DNA of 64,000 nucleotides from Spironucleus salmonicida (Eukaryota): NCBI RefSeq assembly GCF_000497125.1, contig NC_090599.1, positions 992,001 to 1,056,000 of the forward strand, read 5' to 3'. Shown piece by piece: positions 12,433 to 24,381 of this stretch (position 1 is its first letter; each line of letters starts with the position of its first letter). The notes under the pieces were generated by a model. It saw only the letters and a program-made list of their open reading frames with translations, ran no database searches and was not told where the DNA came from. The position numbers and the translations under genes were made by a program.

Positions 12433-15400
12433 ATGAAAACTGAACTTGTGTGGACATAAAAACTAGGTTCAGCTCCCATATTCAAAGTGGCAACTTCCGA
12501 TTCTGAAAGAATATTTGCTGCATGTGGAACAGTAGTATAAGTTATGAATAAATCTGGTGAGATTACGAAAACTATTTAAACTTAGCATACTTAAAATATT
12601 ACTTACCTTGCAGTCAATAATGATGGTTAAAAAATAGTAACTGTAGGTTTAGATAATCAAGTTATATTCATCGATCCATCCGGTACCGCACTTTTCAAAT
12701 ATACCCATAATACTGAAATTCAATGCTGTGCTTTTTCTCCTAATAATGAATATTTCTTGACATGCGCTGATCAAGATATTGGTGTTTATGCATAGGGTGC
12801 TTAAAAAGTATAGAAATATAAAGTAGATGGGTTATCTAGAGCCTGCTGTTGGGCAGCCAATTCTGCCTGGTTTGCTGTTTCAAATCAAGCAGGCACTATC
12901 ATCATGATGGATATAGCTGGCGTGGAATTCAATAAAATTGAAATTGGTGCTCCTATTTGGTGTATGGAGATCAAGAAAGCAACAGAACTTTAAAATCAAA
13001 CAGTAAAAGATGACGACAGCGATGACGATGATGTCTAAATGAATGAAGTAGGTGTATTTAATGAAGGAGCCTCTAACAAATAATAGGTTAAAAAAGAAGA
13101 TGGTGATGACTTTATATCTAAAAATAAAATTTCTGAAGATCGTTTAATTATTCTTAGCTGGGATTAAAAATATAGAGTTCTTAACCCTTCTATTTCTGGT
13201 AATATCACTAAAGGAAAATAAAACAAAATGATTAAAAAACCATCAGAATAACTTATTCTTGCCGAGGCAAAATTACCGTTTATTCCTTTGACAATGTAAA
13301 TTATTTCTAATTATGTTATTGTTGCTGGTGTTGGTGGGAAAATAGTATTTTTAAATTCTGAAACTGGTGCTCATCTTATTGACCTAATTTAAATTAATGA
13401 GAATGACCCTTTCATTATTGGAGCTCCAAGGGGCGTTAAAAACCTTAAAAACGAAAACCTAGACTAAATAACTTAAAATTTAGGGAAAAATTAGTCGCTT
13501 AGTTGGTTTGGATTTAATTCAGTTTGGATTTACTCTATTACTCGTGTATCACCGAATTATCTTTTTATAGCATTGAACACTGGTGTGATTTGCTGCGTTT
13601 AATTTTAATTTAATGCAGTAGATGCATTATATAAGAATTTTTATGCAGTTCGTGAAGGTCTCACTTCGATTCATGTCAAGAACTTAACTACTATATCTGA
13701 AACAACTTTAGACACAGGCGTGTATATTTAAAAGCTAGCAATTTATCAAACAAAATTAGCAGTGCTATCTGGCTAAAAACTTTCACTTTACGATCTTTAA
13801 GATACATAAAGCAAGAAAAACATTGAATCAGTGCTTCGCAATGAAGGCAACAAGAAAATGTCTACACTCTTCCTGCAGTTCATCAAGTCTCACAAAATTT
13901 CGTTCAGTATCAAATTCCTTGCGCTTGCTTCTAATCACTTCCTCATTGCTGGAAATGATTATGTAACGGCTTTCGACTTCAACGGCGTTGCAACCACATC
14001 ATGGAAGTTCAAAAACTGTTAAATTAACAATTTGAAGATAATAGGTGGCATTTAAGGCCAAGAAAACCTCATTTTGTCCACACAAGACGGTCGCGTCCTC
14101 CTGCTCAAAATCGGTAATCGCTTCCCAGTCGAAGCTATCAAGCACAATTTCGCAATCATCAACTGCGACATTTCGGCCAATAGAGACCTCATCGCAATTC
14201 TTGACTCCCAACGCACACTTTCGGTTTTCGACTATTTTTCGACCACGAAAACTGCCAATACGCCCCTTTACCAGATCACAAGCGTCTCCTCGCTCTCATT
14301 CGACCTCGTTCTTCCCAACATCCTCTCATTTTCGTCTGACAACAAAATCAACATCTGCATAAACGGCACAATCGTCTACACCTACAACTCGCAGCAGCCG
14401 AACCCCACAATTCTGCTCCAAAACGGCTCAATCAATTTCAACTTTTCGCTCCAATCCGACTCGCTCGGATTCTCGATCAGCTCCGTGAATTTGACTGAAA
14501 TTCCGCTCACGCCGAACATCACGCACCACGTAAAGCGCTGCTACATTTCTTTAGCGAAATAAATCACATTTTTCGACTTCAAAAACGAGTTAAATCTCGC
14601 GATTTAGGCCGCAAATTTGGGCGCGCCGGCGAATTATTGGCAGGAAATCGCCGTTTGCGGCCTCTTTTGCGGCGAAATTGAACTCGCAAAAGAGGCGCTC
14701 AGCAGCGTCGGGAACGTTCGCGTTCTGAAGAATTTGAGCGAAATCGCGAAAGGCGCGAAAGGCGCCAAATTCCAGCACGTGGCGCTCGCGCTGAGCCTCA
14801 GCGGCCACTTCTAGGACGCTAGCATGCTCTTCGCGGCCAGCGGCGATATGGCGAAAGCCTGCGAATTGCTCTATTTCGTGCGTCAGGACGGCATTTTCGA
14901 GGTTGGGCCGAATTCCAGTCTGATTAGCTTAATCGTCTAAAACATGATATAAGAGTTTTTGTAGCCCGAAAATTCGGAAATTCAGACGCTCCCAAATCTC
15001 GCGATTTACTACAAATTGGGCACTTCTGACGAGGACATAATCCGCTACAAAACGCAGCTTTTGCAGGAGCAGAAAACGCAGCAAATCGACGCGAATCAGT
15101 ACGTCGATTTCCTGCAAATTTACGAGCAAAACGACGCGAATTCGACTGGAAATGGACAGAATTCGAGCTCATATTCGTACTCGTCAGACTACCGAATTCT
15201 GCTCAGGCGGCAGCTCCAGGCGCTCTGCAAGACGCCGTAAGAGCGCAACGAACTGCTCACGAAGCACGCGAGCTTTTTGCAGCAAATTCACGACTGGCAG
15301 GCCTCGTCTTCGTCGTATATGGACGCCCAGCAGCCCGAAAAGGCCGTTCAGGTGCTCATCAGCAACAACCAGACGCAGACGCTGCTAAAATTGGTCAGAA

Positions 15401-17037
15401 TTCTGCCGCCGCTGCAGCAAAAACAGCAAACTGAAAGCGACGAATTCGCGTCAGATTTCAATTTTGAGCCCGTGAAAACGAGCTCTCAGGAGACGCGAAT
15501 CCAGCTACAATCCGCGTTTTCGCTCGTTCTGGGCTACTTCGAGAAGATGCAGGATTTCGACTCCGCGCTGTTCATCGCGCAGCGGCTCAACGACGCGGCG
15601 TCGCTTTTGCGCATTTTGGCGGCTCAAAATCGCTGGGATTTGGTCGAAAATTTGGCCAAAATCTACCCAGAAATGGCCAGCGCGGTCCACGAGGCGCGCG
15701 CGAATCAGCTGCTGAAGGAGGGCCGCTTTATGGAGGCGCTGGAGCGGCTCAAAATGGCCGGAAATTCGGAGAAGGAAATCGCGATGATTCGGGCCCTCAC
15801 GGACGCGAGCATCGTCGAGTGCAAGTTCGAGATGGCCAGGAGCCTCGTTTGCGAGCTTTGCGAGCTGGTGGTCAAAATGCGCGGAAACGGCGTTTTTCAC
15901 GCCGTCAAGAGCCTCAGGAGCAAGATTCTGTGCTACAGCGGCTTCGGGCTGATCGAATAGTACGTTTTAGCGCATTTCGGGTCGCCTGACCCTCGGAATT
16001 TGAATTTGATGAAAATCGACGGCGGCAAGGCCCTGAGCGCCGAAATCGTGAGCGTTTGCACGTTTTTGACGTGTTTTGACGCCCAGCCGGTCGAATGTGC
16101 GAATTTCGACGTCCAGTTTTTGGTCAATTTCGAGAGTCTAGAAATGCAGGATTAGGACAGAAAAAACGTCGCGGAAACGACTTATATCAGTTCGTCGTCT
16201 AAGCCGTAATTGGGATCGCTCTCGTCGCTTGATTTGGGCGCTTCTGGCTCGAAATCGCTGCCTTCCGGCGTCCCGGAGAGCGTTATTTGGCTCAGTTTGA
16301 TCGCCGCGACGAGCGACCGCAAAACGTGCCAGAACGCTCTAAAACGGCTCATTTCGACCCGTTTGCCCCAGAAATTCGCCAGCTACGTCAGGCACGAGTT
16401 TCTGGCCTCCAAGGGCGGCAGCCAGCCCTCGATTATTAACCAGTGCCCGCGCTGCGGAAATCCGATCAATCCGCTGCCCCCGAGCAGCGTTTTGACGCAG
16501 CGCGACCTCGACATTTTGTCGATTCTGCCGATGTGCAGCCCGTCGATTTCCGACGTTTGCGGCTCCTGCGGAATTCCGATCGTCAGGAGCGCAATTTCGC
16601 TTCGCATTCTGCCCCTAATTCTGATCGAGCACTGCGAGGAGAGCAGCATTTTGGAGCTCATCGAGAGCGCCAGCAGCGTCCAAATCGGTAACGAGCGCGG
16701 CCAGATCATCCAGGTCGAGAGCGACAATTTGCAGCAAATCCTGAAGGAGGCGCCGGTCGTGAACGACGGCAGGGGCGTTCAGGTCGGCAAGGACTGCTAC
16801 GCGGAGCTCAATCCGGCGAAAATCTTCATCCTGGACGACCGCTACACGGACACCGCCGCGCTTCCAGACCTCAGCGTCGAGGGCGTCGTAAAACGCGTTT
16901 TCGTGCTGAACGACGAGGAGCTGGAGGTTCACTACTGCTACCGCTGCTGCTTCTTCTTCGAGAGCCAGGAGTTCGAAATGGCAGTTATCATGGGCGGGTA
17001 GTGCCCGATTTGTGGCTGCAAGGACGTCGTGCTCTGA
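12433..17037 (+). CDS. IFT122: Intraflagellar transport protein 122 (IFT-A), 1534 aa
   Basis: N-terminal WD40 with LFKYTHNTEIQCCAFSP and RACCWAANSAWFAV, a TPR-like middle, and C-terminal Cys motifs CPRC...CGSC...CYRC...CPIC. All ORF pieces share one frame. Confidence 0.88.
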
Positions 17038-17184
17038 GCTGATTTTTGGGTTTCACTTGGTGTTATATCAGTTGGGATTGAAAGGGGAGTTATAGTTATT
17101 GGAGGTTGGGAGGAACTCAAAATAGAGCTAAAAATTAACATGGGATGATAGCTAAAATGATTTTAAATTAACACTGCAAAATCC

Positions 17185-17757
17185 TCACAAATCGTCGATC
17201 CGCTGCTACAATTCCTTCTCCTCCTGCGTCATTCCCAGCCCCTGAAGCTTGTTCCCGGAGTCGATTCCCGCCTCTATTTCTAGCTGGACCATGATGTCCT
17301 GCACTTTGTTCACGCCTGCAGCGCCGTCCATGTTTTCCTGGAGAACGCCCTGCATTACATCTTATTTCATCGCCATTTCGCCGGAATTCTGCTGGTAGTC
17401 CTCCAGGAGCTTGGCTGCGCCAATGACGTCTTAGGCCTTCAACAGCTTCGAAAGCTGGTGATTTACTTGTTTTATGTTACCGGAAACCTGATTCCCAGCG
17501 GCCATAAGCTTCAGCTCTCCCACGTGGGCGGTCAGCTGAGTTGATAATTTCTGGAGAGAGATAGCTTGAGAATTCTTTACAGAAGAAAGCTGCGCCTGTT
17601 GTTGCGCAAGTTCGCGCTGGTTTTATACGAGAAGTTGCTTGGCCTTTTCTCTACATGCATTAGATTCACTTAGTGACTTATCTGCTTATTTTTACAACTA
17701 TTTTGCTTGAAAGTTCATATCGAAAATTATGTCTTGGAGTGACTGAGATCCTCCCAT
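17185..17757 (-). CDS. VPS46: ESCRT-III Snf7-family protein, Vps46/Did2/CHMP1-like, 190 aa
   Basis: LQDIIFDMNFQAKQLQKQADKS N-terminus, helical body, and C-terminal MIM-like EEKELQQRIDDL. Confidence 0.75.
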
Positions 17758-17873
17758 TTTAAAGTTTGAAAGAGTAAATCAAAGTATATTAGAAAATAAG
17801 GATATAAAATTCAGGTAACTATATATTTTAAATATATCTATTAATAATATAATATATTATAACGCTTAGTAAA

Positions 17874-18332
17874 ATGGAACCTGAAGAGGCCCCAAAGCGA
17901 AGTAGAGCTATCACGATTGAAGATCTTAAGTCAGAAAATGGGATATCATTTTTTGTAGAAAAAATAAAAGAAAACATGATTACGGAGTTTGAACCAAGTG
18001 CCTACGTTTCTTTAATCACATAAACAGCATATGAATTCTGTTAAAATATCAAACCCAACTTGCCAGCACCATACGTATTGCATCGAATATAAAAGATGCC
18101 TAAAAAAGGTGAAATTTTTACTGAAGTTTCCCGCTGTGTACGTAAATATTATAACATTGATTCAATCAGTGAAGATCAGTACAAATATATGGATAATTTT
18201 GATGATCCATAATAATAAGACGTATATGAAGATTCACTGAATTCTTTGAACTCTAACTAAGAAGAACCTCCATAAAAGTAAGATATTCAAAGTGATGATG
18301 ATATCTGTTTATCTAATTTTTTTACATTATGA
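17874..18332 (+). CDS. Swi3/Csm3/Tipin-like replication fork protection protein, 152 aa
   Basis: PKRSRAITIEDLKSENGISFF...AYEFCQNIKPNLPAPYVLHRIQKM resembles the Swi3 domain pattern. Acidic tail. Confidence 0.5.
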
Positions 18333-19072
18333 TTTTAAAATTATAAAAATGTCACGATTACTAACGTATATATAGTGATTATAAATGCAAGCAAATTATT
18401 TATTGTTTAATTAATTTATACTGTTTTAATGTTAAGTAATAGAAATTCATATGCGTTTTGAGAGTAATTATTATGGAGCTAAAATATAAAAATTATTTAT
18501 ATAATATGTTCTATTATTTCTTGTTATCACCATAGTATGTTAAGTGTTTTATGCAAGATTTTAGAATCGAATTTTCTATTAGCGCTTCATCTTTAAATAT
18601 TTAAGCTAACTCAATGCTTTATACATATTTAATTCGTGACTTAAATTAAAAAATCCAAAACATGTAAAGCCCCTATATTAATTGTTTAAGCACATCTAAA
18701 CATAGAGTTAAGATAAACGATTCAAACAATTTAGTGTATTTTGATAAACCAACCTGCATTCAAACCCAGAAACAACTTACCGTATTTTCGATGTTACGCT
18801 TCTATAAAAAATCCACGGACCACATTTCATTAATCGTCCCTGCAACTAACCCTAGTAGCCAGATTCTCCTATCCTTCCTGAACGCCCCTAAATCCAAAAT
18901 TATGCTACCAAAAAATTAGCTTAAAACACATTATTCTCCTTAAAATCAACCATAGCACGCAATTTCCTATAACCTACAGCCCCTCCGCCACAAATTTGTC
19001 AAAATGAACTTCCGTTAAATTCATTTCTTTCCACTATCATTATTATACACTTACTGCACATAATACTAAAAA

Positions 19073-19876
19073 ATGGACTACTCGATTCTGCTGAGCTCCT
19101 CCTCGTCCGCAGTGGCCACGAAGACGCACGAAACCACTAAATCGCGCACGCTTCCAGCACTACCATCCATCGTGCGGTCCTTCTGCCTCGAATCCTCCGC
19201 GAGCATACCGCTCGAAACGGGACTCTTTCAGCACCAGCTCACGCCGATCGCCTCGCCGCACCTGTCACTTATTTTTGACATGGAACCGGACTCGCCGGTG
19301 CTGGCACAGATTGCAGAGGGCTCTCCGTTCTTCTCTGCGAAAGCCTTCGCGCTGCAGTACCGATTCGCAGTCGCGTTCCTGGTCGAGCACACACAGAGTT
19401 TCGTGGCACAGTCTCCCAGCTTCGTCCTCGTGCAGAACGGGCTTGAGGTGTCGATTTTCACGCAGGTCGCGAGCGTGGTAGCGGAGGCGCGCGCCTTCAC
19501 GGCAGAGGGCTTCCCGGGGCTCATCAGTGATGACGCTGGTTGCCTGACGGTCTCGCGCGCGTTCGCTGAGCATTTTCTGGCCCGTAACGCATTTTTCGGG
19601 GCCGTTGCGGGGCTTTTCAGCAGCGAAACGTTCCCGTTCGCGTAGTTTTATTGCGGTACCCTCGGTACGCGGCGTAGGTCCAACGGGGTATTCACGGTCG
19701 AGGTCGAGGGTGCGGTCCTGGGCACCGTTGCGGAGCGGTTCCTAAGAGGGCTTACCGCGCCGTACCAGGCTGACTTTGATACTTTTCCGAGCATCACGCA
19801 TGATGCCATATAACGCGTCCGCCACGAAAACGGCGAGTACGAGTGCACGAAGCGACTGAGTGATTTTGTAGTTTGA
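19073..19876 (+). CDS. Hypothetical protein, 267 aa
   Basis: AAAAATG start, GC3-rich codons, reads through TAG 19643 to TGA 19874. The frame is also open upstream to ATG 18506. Confidence 0.7.
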
Positions 19877-20498
19877 AAAATAATAGTATTGTTATATTAC
19901 AACAATAGCATTCTTGGAATTCGGAAAATGAAAAATGTTCTAGTTTAGAGCTCAGGGTAATACAATCCAGCGTCGAAGGTGATTGCTGAGTATTGTAAGT
20001 CATATGATACTGATACTAGTGCCGAAAATCAAAATTATATCATGCATAGGAAACATAAAAAAGTAATAAAGAAGAAGAAGATTGTACCGCGATATTGATG
20101 CAAATGGTAGTATTCCTGCGTGACCTTACGTGTTGAATAGGATAATAGTGATGTATGTGGGTTTAAATCCATTTAATCAAGTTATTAGCTTATTTCTAAA
20201 TTAGATTATAATAAGCCATTTATTATTATGAGATTGTAATAAACTTATGAATAAAATTGGATAAAAGCCCATATTTTAAAATTATTTAATAAGCTTGCGA
20301 ATATACAAGTAAAGTATTTTTGTTATGAAACTACAAAGCTAACTTCAACAAATAATTATAGTTTCCTTGTTTTTTACATCTACGACAGTTTGTTAATTTA
20401 TATATATTATTAGTATTTCTATGTTTTTGAAGTTTCAAATCGCTTTTTAATAATATACGGTATATAATGTAAAAATCAATATATTGAAAAAATTAAGA

Positions 20499-20515
20499 TC
20501 CCACTCCCTTAGCAA
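20499..20515 (+). promoter_or_regulatory. C-rich CCACTY promoter motif (example)
   Basis: CCACT(C/T) also lies within ~30 nt upstream of the ATGs at 11135, 12433, 26028, 29610, 45127, 61471 and 62207. Confidence 0.65.
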
Positions 20516-20608
20516 ATGCCCTGATGCCCACACCCCGTTCAATAACCCCAGCAGCCTAAAAAGGATCCCAAAGATCCTAAGGATGCTAAGGCTGCTGACA
20601 AGAAATGA
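20516..20608 (+). CDS. Putative micro-selenoprotein MP-U-CPHPVQQPQQPKKDPKDPKDAKAADKK (30 aa, U = Sec from TGA 20522-20524)
   Basis: CCCACTCCC promoter motif then AAATG, in-frame TGA next to Cys, protein-like K/D/P/A-rich frame, SECIS-like hairpin downstream. Confidence 0.6.
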
Positions 20609-20619
20609 TAATACTTAAC

Positions 20620-20672
20620 AAATTCTGTGAACATATTGAGACAAGCGAGAGCACCTTAATGAGTGAGAGTTT
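20620..20672 (+). promoter_or_regulatory. Eukaryotic type II SECIS-like element
   Basis: GTGAA (20627-31) / TGAG (20664-67) core quartet, ATTGAG/CTTAAT helix, unpaired ACAA, GC-GAGA-GC apical ministem, AAATT/AGTTT lower helix. Confidence 0.6.
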
Positions 20673-20821
20673 ATAATTTTACATTAATATTATAATATTA
20701 TGTACTGTTATACTTTTGTGTAACCTTTAGTAACTAAGCATAATTCCACTTTTAGGTATTTATATATAATATTATCATCAATTTTAAACTAATAATAAAT
20801 ATGAATTCAAATAATATTACA

Positions 20822-23800
20822 TCATATCAAATTTTCTCTTAACAACCCAACAAATTCTACTAGCTTTTTAACTCTCAAACTGTCTGCATTTACTGAATTC
20901 AATCCAAAATGCATACAATTTCGCATCAGTCGAATCTACTAGTTCTAGCAAGCAGTCTCTTCGAAAATATTTTTAATATCAGAACAGTTTGAATTCATTT
21001 CAATTTTTCTCTTCAAATTTTCTAGTTGAGAACCTTGAAGGTGATTTTTCTTTTGCAATGATATCAGTTGATTTAGTGCAGCAAAAATGTCTTGTTATTT
21101 AGTCTATAGAAGCAATTACTTTGCCCTATCATGAACAGTTTAAAAATTAACTATTTATTATTATAACTGTTATATAGTTGCCATATTGTTTTAATTTTAT
21201 TGTTATAAGCTTGTAATCTAATGATTTAGTAAATTGATCTTTGTATCTTTCTTCTGCAAAAGTGAATGAACATTTGTAGAATTTGATGTATAAGATTACT
21301 ATTATGTTGATTAGTTTGTTGCAATTATCTATCTGAACAGATCATAAATTTAGTCAAAACTTGGTAGACTTATAGATTATGTTAGCTTCTACATATTTCT
21401 TAAAAATTCAGTGGTATCATGAGGACTGTCAAGCTAGATGCTATTTCCAACGGTACATAAAGATGAAAGAGTAGTTTACCTTTATTTTAATGTAGAAATA
21501 TGAATATTTGTGTCATGCTCTACCTATTAATTTTAAAGTTCGGAGATAACTTATTTTTACGTTTCATTAATTTATTTTAATGAATTAACTTATTCTACTA
21601 GTTTTTCAATATCATATTCGGTCTCTAATCCTTTTAATCGTATTACTTCTTTTATTAATACAGTGTCAGAGCAAGTTGAAGGTAAATTTAACTCTTCACA
21701 CACAGAATATTTCATATTTTCGTATTTTCTTTAAAAATTAGCATCAGTATCCTATTTTTGCTCGTTTTTATGTTGTAAATAACTAGCAATTTCTTATAAT
21801 TTAGACTGTTAATTAAATAATTTTGACAATTAAAAAGTGGAATTAACTGTTTAAACAAATGCTAATTTTTCTTATTTTAATACTTAAATTACTTCTCTTT
21901 ATACTTAGTTTTATCTTTAAAATTCTTCGATTTCTCGCTTTAATATATCAATTTCAAATAATTAGGTGTCCTTTTAAAGGGGAAATTTGCTTAAATTTAA
22001 CTAATTAACACATTCATTTACCTAAAACTCTTATTATTAGATAACTTAATGTAATGTATTTATTTCACGCTAATAATTTTTAGTATTTTATTAATGTTAA
22101 AACTCGTTTTTAGATGTTAATTGCTGCATTTAAAATACCATTTCTGAGATTTTATTCTGTTCCGCAAGATTTTACTCAAAATGATCTTGAATAAATGCCA
22201 AAGCAGTCTCAGTTGTACGAATTTCTTATTTTGATACTGTACTTAATAGTCCAAAAATTTGCGAAGACTATGTTAAAGTTGAGTCGCTGAAATTTAATGA
22301 ACCTTGATTATCATCTTAATTAATGAACAAAAATATATTATCAATTTATTCAATTAACGGCTAATGATTACTAAGTATCAATTAATTAAGACGTGTATTA
22401 AATGCATCAATAAATGCATGTTTATCATTCAAAAGGTCATTTATTTACCCTTGATCTTCATGCAATTCTTGCGTCGAATTAAAGCTATTTTATTTTACAT
22501 CAGTTAAAAGTGTTGATAATTACGCATTTTCAGATTCTTAAAATTCAATTTAAGCATTTTGTACATTAATCTTTTCTATTAATTGCTAATTAGCTTAGTT
22601 TAGCTTGATAAATTCTTATTATTACTCAAACAGTTCATGTGATAAATCTGGATATTATGGTATTACCACATCTTTTTATGATAGTTTCTAATTAAAGTCG
22701 ACATTTTACTCTATTAAAGTGCTATTTTAGGACTAAAGTTTAGTAATTTCTAATTATAGTGCATCTAACTTATTATAAATTTCTGTATTAAGTTCTTCAA
22801 TTATATCAATTTACTCTTATTTTAAATTGCAAGTTTATTTCAAACTTTTTTCTGAATCATATACTTCTTAAATCTTTTATATTAAATTCTCTAAGTCACA
22901 CTAGTCAATTATGATAAAAATATTTTTAATGCTTTGAATAAAATCTTACAATGTAGATTTATCTTATTTAATTAATTAAGTGGTTTTATATTCATTTTAA
23001 TATAATTCTTTAAACTAATTGAGTTAAACATTTAAATCTACGTTATCACACTATTGTAACTTATTTCTAATTGTAGTACCTACAACATTAAGGCAAGTAT
23101 TTGGATCAAATAATACATCAGAATCCATATGTTCATTAAGAAAATTAGTAAAATTAACTAAGTTACCAGTATGTTCAAACAGTTACATCCTGATTTAATT
23201 GGATTAAGTTTATAACTTACTATTCATTTTAGAAACTAAATGATAAGAAGTTCTATACATTTTTTTTTCCGCTGTAACAGTCTCTAACTCTAACCTCAGT
23301 TATTGTACATCCTTTTAATCAACGGTAGCTAACTGAGTACATTTCAATTATTTCATAGTAGATTCAGTAGACTATTTACTAGAATTGGATTAAGTTAGCA
23401 ACTTTACTTATTCTTATAACTATTTAATTTTGGATTAAAATTATTCATTTTTTATCTAAATTTATTATTATTGTGATTAAATATATGATACTTTTCGTAA
23501 TTATTCTTTGTAATCATCATTTTAATTTTGTAATTCGTAAACCGAAGTTTCAAGTTTTGGCACTTTTATTGATAATGCACGTACAGCTGCTAATGCAGCT
23601 TCTGAATTAGTTGTTTTTAATATTTTTAATACTTCAGAATGAAATATTGATGATTTTTCATCAGATTTTTATACATGATTTTCAACAACTTTAGCATTAT
23701 CTTGATTAAAAGATTTAATACCAGATAATTTACTATAGCTAACTTATGGGACCATATTAATTGGTGGTGGGGGAGGAAGCGCTTTGGTTGCTGTAAATGG

Positions 23801-23824
23801 TGGAGGTGGTGGAAGAGAATTCAT
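20822..23824 (-). CDS. Coiled-coil protein with Pro-rich N-terminus, ~1000 aa
   Basis: MNSLPPPPPFTATKALPPPPP start and a Q/E/K-rich body. Frame checked at the ends only. Confidence 0.75.
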
Positions 23825-24381
23825 TTAAAATTTTGGATATTCTAATATTACTTCATTATTATATAATAAATATTATATTTTAAATATTAACAACATATAT
23901 TATAAAATATATTCATTATTAGTATTCTTCAGTTTTTCTAATATTAAGTTATATTCATAATAAACTACTAAGCGAACTATTTTGAATTGTAAGTAATAAT
24001 ATTATTCTCCTTATTAATTTTTACTTACTAGTTTTATAAAATACTCATATATAATTTTTTATTATTATAAAAGTAATAGTAAATCTTACTTGTATTAATA
24101 CTAGTATTTCTAAATTTATTAATTAAATAAAAAACACCTACCAGAGTGTCATTGTGTAGCCAAAAGTAGATGAATTTTATTATGCTTTAGTACTTCCTGC
24201 GGCAATGAATAATATTGTGAGTTTTTGTCTTGCTATACAGCATTTAAATAGATTAAATGTTATAGTATTGTTTGGTATCTTAATAGAAATTTTAAAAATT
24301 TAAAATATATTAATTTCTTTTGCAATTATTCCTGAGTGTGAACACGATTAAATAAACAAAATATTTGTTATATAAGTATGA

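Noticed and set aside
18506-19072. In-frame upstream extension of the 19073 gene
   Set aside because: Composition is unconvincing and 19073 has its own C-rich tract and AAAAATG context.
20524-20598. Alternative frame MPTPRSITPAAQKGSQRSQGCQGC-TGA as the selenoprotein
   Set aside because: It uses the second ATG, which has poorer context, and its TGA is only ~30 nt from the SECIS core, too close for typical Sec insertion. Not fully excluded.
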